From Laspinema olomoucense D3b (GTDB taxonomy: Bacteria; Cyanobacteriota; Cyanobacteriia; Cyanobacteriales; Laspinemataceae), in NCBI RefSeq assembly GCF_025370785.1, contig NZ_JAMXFA010000001.1:171902-235901 (forward strand): a DNA stretch of 64,000 nt. The letters are read 5' to 3'. The notes under the pieces were generated by a model. The model ran no database searches and was not told where the DNA came from. It saw nothing but the letters and a program-made list of their open reading frames with translations. Numbering within the stretch: position 1 is the stretch's first letter; each line of letters starts with the position of its first letter. The position numbers and the translations under genes are program-made. This document shows positions 28,847 through 39,244 of the stretch, in pieces.

Positions 28847-31085
28847 TTTTTAACCCTTTGGAGACAATTGCGGGGGTCTCTGGTTTCCAGGAGGTGAGAT
28901 GGAGTTCCTTCGGGGCCTGATTTTTCACGGGGTAAGTGGGGCTTACAGATTGGGCAACCGCCTTTTGATAGGATTTTTCGGTTTTCGCACTCATCTGATC
29001 GATGGCAAATCCCAACAGGGGGATCCCATTGGTTTGTAAATAGGCGATGGATTTGACTAAGAGTGATTTTTGGGTAAATTCGGGTCGGACGATCGCCACC
29101 AATCCCTGACTATGTTGACTCAAAGCATGGGCATCGGCGCAGTCAATTAACGGCGGTGTATCTACAATTACCACGTCATACAGGGAGGCGGCTTCTAGCA
29201 ACAGGGCTTGCATCCCCGGAGATTCTAAAAACCCTGCCGGACGCGCTTTCTGAAGCCCACAACTCAGGACCCACAGATTTTCAATCACTGTGGGTTGGAC
29301 TATTTCTACTAAGCTTATGGCATGGGTGAGAGCATCGGTGAGCCCCGGTTGGGCTGCCACTCCACAAAGTTGGTGCTGACTCGGTTGATGGAGGTCCGCA
29401 TCGATAATTAAAGTTCGCCGAGACAGCATGGCAGAAACTGCCCCTAAGTGGGCCGCTACTACCGATTTTCCTTCCCCAGCAACGGTGCTGCTGACGACTA
29501 TCGGGCGTAGGTTATTTTGGGTCCGAAACTCTAAGGTTTTCAGGAGGAGGCGGTAGGGCTCCACTAACTTGGGGTTGTCTAAAAACTGGTCCGGGTTCGT
29601 TAGGGCGATCGCCTCCGGTGAGATGTCGGGCAGAATGCCCAACAGGGGGAGATTTAGCAGTCCTTCGACTTCCCAGCTTTCGTTCACCCGGGGGTCAATC
29701 AGTTCTAGCAGCAGCATCACGGAGATTCCCAGGACGGTTCCAGCGGCGATCGCGAGGACTAAAATAACTTTCTTTTGAGGAGCACTGGGCAAAAGCGGGA
29801 TCGTTCCTTTTTCCATGATCCGCAGGTTGCTCACCAGTTGCGCTTCTGCCATCCGCGCTTCTGCCAGCTTGTTTTGTAAAAATTTTAAAGACTCGATCGC
29901 CTCGTCTCGCTCTCGCATCAGGGCCGAAAGTTGTTGTTCTTTGATGGGAAGGCGATCCAGTTCCATTTGCAGGCCGATCCGCTGCGATCGCAACCCCTGT
30001 AGCCTTTTTTCCAGTCCCCCTCGGTCCGTTTCAGCCATGATTAATTGGCCGGTGATCTCTTGGCTGAGGGGGTCGTTGGATTCTGTGGCGACTGCCCCCG
30101 GGCTGCCTTGAGCATTGGGAATTTTTGCTTTCTGGGTTTCGTACTGCGCTCGCACTTTGTCCTGTTCTTGCCGCAGCAATTGTACCGCTGGATGTTGCTC
30201 TGTAAATCGAGCGCCTGTCTGAATCAGTTCCGCTTCAATTTCACTGAGGCGATCGCGTAACTTTTGCAGACTTTCATCTTGTCCAATTCTTCCTTGGGCA
30301 TAAGCCTGGGGAATATTCTCAAAGCTTCCGATTTCCTGGATACTTTCCAGTCGTTTTTGTGCTTCTTCCAGTTCAGCAACTGCCACACTTTCTTGCTCTT
30401 GAATGCTCCCAATCGTATCCAGCAGACTTTTGGTCTGTGCCTCCACTGCCACTAAACCACTCTCTTCGCGATACTGGTTTAAGGCCATCTCTGCCGCTTC
30501 TGCGATCGCCCGCTGTTCTGGAAGCGCTGACTCTAAAAAGTCTCGAATCGCTTTGGCCTCTACTTGAATCGCTTCCCGGCTTTTTTCAACCGTAATCTCT
30601 AATAAACTATTAACCAGATTCATCGCGATTTCCGGGTCCTCATCTTGATAGCTGAGTTCCAGGATATTCGTTGCTGGAATTAGTTTAATTTTTAAGCCTT
30701 TTTTAAATAGGGTTAAGGGGGGTAACGCTTCGACATTTTCCAGATTATGTTCTAATTTGACCCGCTCTAGGGCAGCCGTAAGCAATCCCGGAGATTTAAT
30801 CAGTTCCGATTGAGTGGCTAGGGGGCTTGATCCTCCAGGAGTATGACTGGAAAGCTGGGAAAGGTTACGGCCTAGTTCGGAAAGACTCACCTGTTTTTCA
30901 TCTAAAATCAAGCGTCCTTTGACTTCATAAACCGGGGGGGTCAACACTAAATAAGCGATCGCCACGGCGATCGCCGACACCAAGGTTGCTAATGCCGGTA
31001 CACTCCGTCGCCGCAAAACTGACAGTAACATTGTAAGGCTTTTGTCCATGACACCCAAATTTACCGAGTCATTATTTCCAGTCAT
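28833..31085 (-). CDS. wzc: Polysaccharide co-polymerase / BY-kinase (Wzc, GumC-like chain-length determinant with C-terminal tyrosine kinase domain)
   Basis: An N-terminal TM segment is followed by a long coiled-coil periplasmic region and a second TM. The C-terminal P-loop ATPase has Walker A (STVAGEGKS) and Walker B (LIIDAD). The gene overlaps wzy by 14 bp. Confidence 0.8.
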   Translation of the reverse strand: MTGNNDSVNLGVMDKSLTMLLSVLRRRSVPALATLVSAIAVAIAYLVLTPPVYEVKGRLILDEKQVSLSELGRNLSQLSSHTPGGSSPLATQSELIKSPGLLTAALERVKLEHNLENVEALPPLTLFKKGLKIKLIPATNILELSYQDEDPEIAMNLVNSLLEITVEKSREAIQVEAKAIRDFLESALPEQRAIAEAAEMALNQYREESGLVAVEAQTKSLLDTIGSIQEQESVAVAELEEAQKRLESIQEIGSFENIPQAYAQGRIGQDESLQKLRDRLSEIEAELIQTGARFTEQHPAVQLLRQEQDKVRAQYETQKAKIPNAQGSPGAVATESNDPLSQEITGQLIMAETDRGGLEKRLQGLRSQRIGLQMELDRLPIKEQQLSALMRERDEAIESLKFLQNKLAEARMAEAQLVSNLRIMEKGTIPLLPSAPQKKVILVLAIAAGTVLGISVMLLLELIDPRVNESWEVEGLLNLPLLGILPDISPEAIALTNPDQFLDNPKLVEPYRLLLKTLEFRTQNNLRPIVVSSTVAGEGKSVVAAHLGAVSAMLSRRTLIIDADLHQPSQHQLCGVAAQPGLTDALTHAISLVEIVQPTVIENLWVLSCGLQKARPAGFLESPGMQALLLEAASLYDVVIVDTPPLIDCADAHALSQHSQGLVAIVRPEFTQKSLLVKSIAYLQTNGIPLLGFAIDQMSAKTEKSYQKAVAQSVSPTYPVKNQAPKELHLTSWKPETPAIVSKGLKNGKS

Positions 31086-31646
31086 TCTATCGAGTCATTA
31101 TAATTATTTCCCTCGACCTTGCTGTCGAGCTGGGCACTCTGTGACTCTATCTGCTTTACCTATCCATCTAATCATTAAACACTCTATTGACTGCTAGTAT
31201 TTGACCCCGGACACCGGCCCCTCCTGTAGTGAGCAAACCTGATCCAGAAAACTCACGCCAAGGCTTAAACAAATCATCGGGCAAAAACTAAGTTTACCTC
31301 AAAATAGACCCGGTTCATTTGAGGACTGAATTCTCCTCATTATAAGCTTTATGTTTTGTTTTTTTAGTTCTTTATTAAAAATTCATACAGTGAGTCTAAT
31401 CTCCTGACCTAGGGGTACTCAACCCTGGGACATAATCAGGGTTTACCGATGGTGTTCCCTCCCCGGGGCGTTTGACCCTAGATTGTCGGGTTTTTTCCGT
31501 CCCTGGGCCAATCCACCCTTATAAAAAGGCCCAATTTTTATAGACTTTACCTACAATATCCGTGATTGAGGGTTATGGAGGGGCAATCCTCTGGCTGTAC
31601 CCCATGAGCTTGCCAAAGGGTTACCCCTGCTTCCAGTCTCCGGGGG

Positions 31647-33032
31647 TCAGTCCGGATATGATACAAGCACTCCCTCTTCACGACGGGTAGACAGGGGAGG
31701 CACTTCGGCGGTTACGTTCGTTAAAGGCAGCTCCCTGAGCAGCTCAACTCCATTCCATTTGGGCTTCTGAGCCAGTTGCTCTGTTCCGTTTGCGACCGGC
31801 ACTCTCTTTAACGGCTCCATTGTTCTGAGTTTCTTGCTAATCTTCGCATACAGGGATAAATTCTCGAAGCCAATCCGATCCCAGCTATGGTTCTGTTTAA
31901 CGTAGTCATGCGCCCGCGAAGCCATTTCGGTGAGTTGTTCCCGTTGGGAGAGGGCCTGATTGAGCCTTTGGATGCAGGATTCCAGATCGCCCGCTTCAAA
32001 CAGTAATCCCCGGTCCTCTCCAATCAGTTGCCGATGGGGGGGGATGTTACTCGCTAGGACGGGAATTTTTTCCCGCATGGCTTCTAGCATCACCAGGGGC
32101 AAGCCTTCCACATCGGAGGGGAGTACAAACAGTCCGGCACCGCGAACAATCTGAGCTACAGACTCACCGTGAATTTCCCCGGTAAAGGTAATCTGGGGAT
32201 TTCCCTGGCTAATTTGGACTAACTCCTCCCGAAAGCCAGGGGTATCGCTGACTCCCCCGGCTAAGACGAGCTTCCATCCCGGGGGTTGCAGTTTGGTAAA
32301 GGCTTTGAGGAGGAGATCCGGACGCTTTTCCGGAACCAACCGGCCTAGGAACAAAATGTAACGCTGGGGTTCTAAGCCCAAGGTGGTCAAATAGGGTAAG
32401 GTGGGGTCAGATTCGTGATAGGTGGCCGGAGCCGTGGGAATGTAGCTGGTTTCGATGCCATAGGTTTTCCAAAAGTAAGTTTGCAGTTCTTTGGAAACCA
32501 CCACGATTTCATCAGCAAAACTGACGGCGGCTCTTTCCCCGCGATAGATAATCTCACTAGAAAGTTTGCCCCACTTCCTGCGCTGCCAGTCCAGTCCGTG
32601 ACAGGTGACTACAACTTTTGCCGATCGGGTCAGTTTGGGCAGCCAGCAAAAGATGGCAGGGCCGAGGGCGTGAAAATGCACTACATCATAAGTGTTCAGG
32701 ATGGAGGCGATCGCCCCCAATCCAGAAGCAAAGAAGGCATCCACTCCTTTTAAGGGAATGGAAGGCAAGGAGATCACGCGCACTCCCTTATAGTGATAGG
32801 TTTCAAAGTTAGAACCTTGGGTATAGCTCTGGCGAGCGAACAAATCTACTGTATGACCTTGCTCAACCATTCCCGGATACATTTCTTCGCAGTAACGCTC
32901 AATGCCACCTTGAAGAGCTGGTAAACCTTTGGCACCAACAACAGCTATTTTCATGGGTTTCAATCGTTGAGGAGTAAATGAAGTGAGTTGGAGGCTGAAA
33001 AATTTTGCGTAAATTGCACCGAGCTTTAGCAC
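31647..33032 (-). CDS. Glycosyltransferase family 1
   Basis: GT-B fold with C-terminal motifs (LPSDVEGLPLVMLEAMREKIPVLASN). Confidence 0.8.
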   Translation of the reverse strand: MLKLGAIYAKFFSLQLTSFTPQRLKPMKIAVVGAKGLPALQGGIERYCEEMYPGMVEQGHTVDLFARQSYTQGSNFETYHYKGVRVISLPSIPLKGVDAFFASGLGAIASILNTYDVVHFHALGPAIFCWLPKLTRSAKVVVTCHGLDWQRRKWGKLSSEIIYRGERAAVSFADEIVVVSKELQTYFWKTYGIETSYIPTAPATYHESDPTLPYLTTLGLEPQRYILFLGRLVPEKRPDLLLKAFTKLQPPGWKLVLAGGVSDTPGFREELVQISQGNPQITFTGEIHGESVAQIVRGAGLFVLPSDVEGLPLVMLEAMREKIPVLASNIPPHRQLIGEDRGLLFEAGDLESCIQRLNQALSQREQLTEMASRAHDYVKQNHSWDRIGFENLSLYAKISKKLRTMEPLKRVPVANGTEQLAQKPKWNGVELLRELPLTNVTAEVPPLSTRREEGVLVSYPD

Positions 33033-33101
33033 TGAAATAAAATGCAGTGCTAATCCCTTAGAATTACGCTGACAATTGCCGTTTGGGAGTTGGTTTTGAT
33101 A

Positions 33102-34328
33102 TCAACTGGGGTAGGGGGAAGAGATGGCGATCGCCTTGCGGTACTGCCAACGGTGCAGCATTTGGCGATAGACTTCCTGGACTATACTGGGTGCGCTATA
33201 GGGTTGAACGGTTCGTACACAAGCTTCTGAAGAATACAGGTCCGGATTCGCCAGGACTCGCCGCAAGGCATCGGCGATCGCCTCTGCTGTTCTTTCTTTG
33301 CAGACTACCCCACTATCGGGTGAGAGCAGTTTAGGAGTTTCACCACAGTCTGTTGTCACCACAGGAGTGCCGCAGGCAAGGGCTTCGAGAACGGTGACGG
33401 GTAAGCCTTCATAAACACTACTGAGCAAAAAGGCACTGGCTGCGCGATACAGTTGAGCCAATCGGTCCGAGTTGACAGCACCGAGGAGGGTAACGCGATC
33501 GCCCAAGTTCAACGCTTGGATCTCACGTCGCACCTGTTCCTCTAACTCTCCGGCTCCAGCAATTAGCAAATGGACTTGGGGATCAGCCAAGGCGGCGATC
33601 GCCTGAATCCCTAATACCGGGTCTTTTTGCGGATGCAATCGTCCCGCAAATAATAGGAATCGCACCGTTTCGGGTAACCCCAGCTCTTGAGCCAGTTCCC
33701 GGCGTTTGATTTCCCGTTCTTCCCGCTTATCGGGATAGAAACTCTCGGGATCAAATCCATTTTTTAAGAAAGCCACCCTTGGCGCTAATTCCGGATAGGC
33801 TTCCCGATAATGCTGCGCGGACTCGCTATTACAGGAATACACCTGCTCGAATTGGCTAATCAGTAACTTTTCTAACGCAAAATATACTTTCGGAAACTGT
33901 TGCCATAGAATCGCTTTCCCCCCCAAGTTGCGATCCATTTGCTTGCGAATATCGTTGTGAATAAAAAGGGTTTTATCTCCCGCCCAATTTAGACTGGCTA
34001 AAGTGGGTTCTATTCTATGAAAGTGCATAAAATCTGAGGCAAAATTATGCCGCATTAAGGAGGCTCCGTAGGCAATAGTCGTCGGAATCAACTTCCGGAC
34101 ATTATCCTCGCCTACTGCAATCACCGGCATGAATTGAATCGCTTTTCCGGCATATTCCGTCCATTTCCATACCCCCAAGGCAGATCCCGGCGCTCCGGTC
34201 CCTACTACCCTTACCACAAATTCATCGGGAGCATATTTAATAAAAGAACGAATAACCGTCTGAATACCACCAATACTGCTATCCCACGGATTAAATTGAT
34301 AAAAAATTGTCAGAACTGGCTTGCTCAT
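33102..34328 (-). CDS. Glycosyltransferase family 1 (GT4-like)
   Basis: GT-B fold motifs (LSSVYEGLPVTVLEALACGTPVVTTDCGE). It is the first gene of the same-strand EPS cluster. Confidence 0.8.
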   Translation of the reverse strand: MSKPVLTIFYQFNPWDSSIGGIQTVIRSFIKYAPDEFVVRVVGTGAPGSALGVWKWTEYAGKAIQFMPVIAVGEDNVRKLIPTTIAYGASLMRHNFASDFMHFHRIEPTLASLNWAGDKTLFIHNDIRKQMDRNLGGKAILWQQFPKVYFALEKLLISQFEQVYSCNSESAQHYREAYPELAPRVAFLKNGFDPESFYPDKREEREIKRRELAQELGLPETVRFLLFAGRLHPQKDPVLGIQAIAALADPQVHLLIAGAGELEEQVRREIQALNLGDRVTLLGAVNSDRLAQLYRAASAFLLSSVYEGLPVTVLEALACGTPVVTTDCGETPKLLSPDSGVVCKERTAEAIADALRRVLANPDLYSSEACVRTVQPYSAPSIVQEVYRQMLHRWQYRKAIAISSPYPS

Positions 34329-36475
34329 GCCTTAGTCGAAACTCCCTCCTTTTTGGAATGCTGTAACTCATAGGATGATTACCCTCAGTTACCTGAAGAT
34401 CTCGGTTCACTGTTTCCCTAGATCAATCTAGGGGTTGACAAGCATCATCCCTAAATGGTCAATCCCTTGAGGCATTCCCAGAAAATTCTGGAGAATCATC
34501 GCCTCAGGATGTACCACCCTAAGTGTTTATGACAGATTCCCTTTAACAGGAGAAAGCCCTTATTTCCCCCTCTCTCCTCGGTCCCTACGCGAGGAAAAAA
34601 AATTTGTTCAACTATTAAGCTTGATGAACACTAATCGCCGTTGTCTTTTCTGAGAACACAAGGAGCGTCATTTTTGGATTCAACAGCATTCACTGTAATA
34701 ACACCTAAAGATAACTCGCCCCATATTTGTCACGTACTTTACAACCCTATCCGACTTACCAAGGAAACTTTATCAACAGTTCTTAAATTTTTGATAAAGT
34801 TTGCTCGTCTTGACATCTCTGGATGAATTCCGACACTTAAAGTGTAAACCTGAATTCTTTCCCTACCCTAGGACAGCTCCAATATCAATCTGACATTCAG
34901 AAACTGTACGCCCTAAAGTTGTTGAAACTCAAGCATTTTTGCCAAACTCACTTTCTAGGCCATCCGCCCCAGGCCAAGGCCCTTGCTCGGAAACCCTGTG
35001 GTAGGCAACCTACCTGGGAGTTACTCTTCCCTTATCTATTTTACGATCACCGGAGTTAGGCCCTTTATCCCTTCACTCTTCTGGGTCAAGCACTGCCCTT
35101 TAAAATTGTGCTTAATCCCTGCTGCTTCCCCGATATGGGGCGTTAGCTTTTATAAGAATCTGCGATAACTTTAACAGCAAGTAAAGAAAAAGTAAAGGGG
35201 GTAAAACACGCTTTGCTTCTCAGAGCAGTTATATTGGGTGAAAACCTTTACCCCCAAGGGTTTCAGCTCTCACCCTTATGAAAAAACCTACATCAATTTT
35301 CCATCCCAGGAGATGTGGGAGCCACTGGAACGCTATCCCGGTTGATGAGCGGTCTGATTTTCCTCCTAGAGTATATCATTTTGATACAAAAAGCAGATAT
35401 ACCGACCAGCCCTGTATTAGTTCTACACAGGTTGAAAGGCTAAAAATGTGGGTACAAATGGTAGGCCACCCTCCCTATATCGGGTTAGGATAGGCTGTTG
35501 ATGGGTCGGGTCCGGAATTTAGGATCAAGTTGACGGTTGGGGAGGCGGGGAAATGGGAACCAAGCATCGGAGGAGCGATCGCCTATAGTCATTGAAAAAA
35601 GCCGGGGATGCAGGGGAATTGCTTTGGTTATTAATTTCTGGATTGTTTTATTGACATCGGTGCGATCGCCTACATATTACAAGCCTTTGTAAGCATAATA
35701 CACCTCTTGCAAAAAAAAGGATTGATCTCCCTTTCCCCCCCTTATTAAGGGAGGCTTTAAAGAATTTTGCAAGAGGTCGATTGATACCCCGATGCTAAAC
35801 TTTGAGGCTGGAGGCGATAATATTTCCCGGGAGAAATCGTGGTAAAATATGGATCAAACATCTTTAAGAGTTCCTGTTCGATATCATCTACTGGGGAAGA
35901 GATAGGCCCGGAAGAGGAGCAAGGGAACAATTGAAAGACAGATAATGGGCGTAGTCTGATCAGTGGGTAAAAGTGGAGTCCGACTCTCCCAGGGAGGCGA
36001 TCGCTTCTCGGGTAATTAAGGGATTGGAACCAGTGGCCCAAAAATTAGTAAGTAACAAATCTGCACAAACATTTGCCGAAAAAAGGAAGAGAACACTCGG
36101 ATATTTGCTTGCTCATTTTGGGTTAAAATAACTTTGTCATACGGGTATCCCGGACTTTCAAGTCCTGTCAAGCCTCTCAAGAAATAGAAAAGGGTACGGG
36201 CTCTCGGTCAGGACCGATGGCCCCCCAAGGCGGAGGGAGTCAGTTTGAGGGGTGTACTGACTTGCATCCTATCTTGCTCCCGGGTCTAGGTTACTAACAC
36301 GGCTCATTGTGAGCCAGATTTATGCCCTCGTTAAGGGGGATTCGGGGTTGCTTGGGGAAAGGAGGAACGGAGGTCAGAGGATGCCTGCTTCTATATTTTG
36401 GTAGAGGTGCTTTGGGGGTTCCTGGGACTACGATCGAAACTGCAGAAAAATATAAATACACAGGAATAAGGAGTT

Positions 36476-38041
36476 ATGAAATTCGTATCGGATCCACCGA
36501 GTGCGGTTAAAATCGAGAAAATGAAAACCCGATTACGATCGCAACATCCCCTGCTACGGTCTAAAGGGATCGATCGCACCCGCTTTGAGCTGGATGATGG
36601 GAAATCAGGCGATCGCGAGTTTTCCTTTTTGGTCATTGGGGATAGCGGATCCGGACGCCACATCAAAAACAACCCGCAACGCCAACTCGCCAAACAAATG
36701 CTCCAACACCAGGACAACTGCCGATTTATTCTGCATACCGGCGATGTCATTTATCTGGTAGGTTCTAGCGAATATTACACCCAAAACTTCATCGAACCCT
36801 ATCGGGAATTTATCATGGGTGGAGAACATCCCCATCGCATTCCCTACAACAAAATGGTGTTCAAACTGCCGATTCTCCCCGTCCCGGGTAACCACGATTA
36901 CTATGACATCCACCTGTTGTACGGGGCACTCGCCCAAGCTGCCCAACCCCTGCGCCATCTCTTACGGGGGCACTTCAATCTCGATGTAGGATGGCATGGT
37001 TCTGAGCAAGGGAAAGCATACGCCCGAGCCTTTCTCGACTACCTCAAGGACATTCCCGAGTTCCAACTCGGCGCTCATTTCGATCGCTATTACACTGCCC
37101 AGACGGACACCGGACGCTGTTTACGCTATCAACCCCGAAAGTTTACCCGATTACCGAATCGCTATTATACCTTTCGCTATGGTGGCATCGACTTTTTTGC
37201 CCTAGACTCTAATACCTTTAATGAACCACCCCCCCTTCCCGACACCAAAGAAGGGCACCAATACCGGCGCTGGCTGGAAAAACGTCGGGATGAGTTGGAA
37301 CGTCAGGAGGTCGAACTTACCGAGAGATCCAAAGAATTCAACCCCGATAATCCCCATCATGCCGAGCAACTCGATGAGCTTGAAACTAAGTTAGAGCAGC
37401 TCGAAGAAATGCAACTGGATATTGAGAAACAACTGCAATCCGATGAAAACACCGTAACCGATATTGAACAACTGGATTGGTTCAAACAACGACTGATTCA
37501 CTCTTGGAATACCCCGGAAGTCCGGGGACGAATCGTATATTTCCACCATCCCCCCTATGTGACTGAGGCAACGAAGTGGGATCAAGGTCAGACCCTTGCC
37601 ATTCGCCGTCAACTCCGGTGGGTTTTAGATCAGGTGGCGCAGGAGGTGGGCGACCAAACCCAAGGGCGGCCCCTTTTGGACCTGGTTCTCACGGGTCACG
37701 CCCACTGTCTGGAGTATTTACAAACCGGAGATACCGGACACGCGGACTCCCATATCCATTGGATTGTCTGTGGCGGTAGCGGATATAGTTTGCGCCGTCA
37801 GCGAGAAGAGGGTCCGGACTTAAAGGAGATATTTCCTGAAAGTGAGGAGGAGCGCCTGGTGGCCCGCTCGAAATTGTTTGTCGGGCGCAAAGGTCGGGGT
37901 TTTGATAAGCAGCGCCCCTACTCCTTTTTGCGCGTTGATGTCCTCGATGGGTCTCCCCCCAAGTTGCGGATACAACCCCTGATTTCCGAACGAACTCACC
38001 ATAAATGGCACGATCGCCAGGGGGAAGCGTTTGTAATTTAA
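36476..38041 (+). CDS. Metallophosphoesterase (calcineurin-like phosphoesterase) with coiled-coil insertion
   Basis: The metallophosphatase motifs occur in canonical order: GDSGSG (GDxG), GDVIY (GDxxY), GNHDYYD (GNHD), GHAHC (GHxH). A Glu/Gln-rich coiled-coil segment (RRWLEKRRDELERQEVELTERSKEF...LEQLEEMQLDIEKQLQ) is inserted between the motif blocks. A good RBS (aggag) precedes the ATG. Confidence 0.8.
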   Translation: MKFVSDPPSAVKIEKMKTRLRSQHPLLRSKGIDRTRFELDDGKSGDREFSFLVIGDSGSGRHIKNNPQRQLAKQMLQHQDNCRFILHTGDVIYLVGSSEYYTQNFIEPYREFIMGGEHPHRIPYNKMVFKLPILPVPGNHDYYDIHLLYGALAQAAQPLRHLLRGHFNLDVGWHGSEQGKAYARAFLDYLKDIPEFQLGAHFDRYYTAQTDTGRCLRYQPRKFTRLPNRYYTFRYGGIDFFALDSNTFNEPPPLPDTKEGHQYRRWLEKRRDELERQEVELTERSKEFNPDNPHHAEQLDELETKLEQLEEMQLDIEKQLQSDENTVTDIEQLDWFKQRLIHSWNTPEVRGRIVYFHHPPYVTEATKWDQGQTLAIRRQLRWVLDQVAQEVGDQTQGRPLLDLVLTGHAHCLEYLQTGDTGHADSHIHWIVCGGSGYSLRRQREEGPDLKEIFPESEEERLVARSKLFVGRKGRGFDKQRPYSFLRVDVLDGSPPKLRIQPLISERTHHKWHDRQGEAFVI

Positions 38042-38946
38042 GTCCCTCCCCCGGTTTTGCGATACAGGAACCCGGCTTTTTCCACTTGTCCCCGGTTGAC
38101 TGCTTCATCCAGCAGGATGGTTGTTGCTTCTATATTGAGATTCAGAGCAACGGCAACCTCGGGCACTGTGATGGTTTCCCAGTGGGTGAGATATGCGATC
38201 GCATCGGTGATTGAGCGCTGAGGTTCGAGATCCGGCGCAATGTGGGTGATGGCCTCTCTTAGAACCGAATAGGGCCGATATCCCATCATCAGCAGCGATC
38301 GCCCCGAGTTCGGGCGCAGCATGATGCTGGGAAACCGCGCGATCCCGCAATAGCGCATTTCTTTGAGATCCTGGCGGAATGCCTCCATAGAATCGGGATG
38401 GTCCAAATCCCTCTCAAAGCGATCGCCATCAAAGCCGAGTTCCGGGTTCAATTCCGCCCCCAGTTCCAGCAGAACCTCCCTTTGGGCAATATTGCGGCCC
38501 TCCAACATCACCGCCTCGCGCAGTCGCCGCAAATAGGACTCTCCAATATCGGGGCCTTGTTGTGAGGCAGCTTTCACGGCAATACAGGCGGGATAAGAAG
38601 AGGTAGGAGGGTTTTTCACCCAGATTCCTTCGTTAATGGGCATTCCCGTGAGATGTCGCACCTGAATCCAAACTGGACCCATCTGCACGGGTCGGGAAAT
38701 ATCGTTGAGGGGGTCGCTAAACTGCTCCCAATCCCGAAGGAGTCCCCCCATTGAATAGCGATAGACCAGGCGATCGCCAAACTCGTAGCGCAAGCGTCGC
38801 CACTGGGGTTCTACCGCCCAACTCCAGGAACAGAGGGGGTCGGTATAGTAGATGATTTCAAGAGGTGCCCCAGGAGGCGAGTTTTGGCCCAGGGTTTGGG
38901 GGTCCGGTGATTTCTCCAAGGAGGCGATCGGGGGATAAGTTTGCAT
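38038..38946 (-). CDS. DsbA-like thioredoxin-fold protein (FrnE/2-hydroxychromene-2-carboxylate isomerase-like) with C-terminal HTH-like tail
   Basis: The LEIIYYTDPLCSWSWAVEP N-terminus matches the DsbA-like start of the thioredoxin domain, with CxxS/W in place of CxxC. The ~80 aa C-terminal extension resembles a winged helix. Confidence 0.6.
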   Translation of the reverse strand: MQTYPPIASLEKSPDPQTLGQNSPPGAPLEIIYYTDPLCSWSWAVEPQWRRLRYEFGDRLVYRYSMGGLLRDWEQFSDPLNDISRPVQMGPVWIQVRHLTGMPINEGIWVKNPPTSSYPACIAVKAASQQGPDIGESYLRRLREAVMLEGRNIAQREVLLELGAELNPELGFDGDRFERDLDHPDSMEAFRQDLKEMRYCGIARFPSIMLRPNSGRSLLMMGYRPYSVLREAITHIAPDLEPQRSITDAIAYLTHWETITVPEVAVALNLNIEATTILLDEAVNRGQVEKAGFLYRKTGGGT

Positions 38947-39244
38947 GATTAATGACCTTTATTATAAATAGGGGTGGAAGAGAGGATGGCGATCGGGATT
39001 TTGATAATTTTTAAACCAGGCGATCGCCCGGTTAGCTTATGTTGTCTTGAACCTGACACCATGATAATTCCCCTTTCTTCCGGGGAAAGGGGAATTTCAT
39101 CTCGCTTGGGGTTAAGCCTTCCGGGTGGGATAAGATTCAACGGCGATCGCAGCGATCGCCTTGAATCCCGACTCCCCCCAGTTAATGAGCCCGCGCTTTT
39201 CTGGCTTCGTCCGTAGAACCCGACCCTTCAGGGTGCCGATTTTC

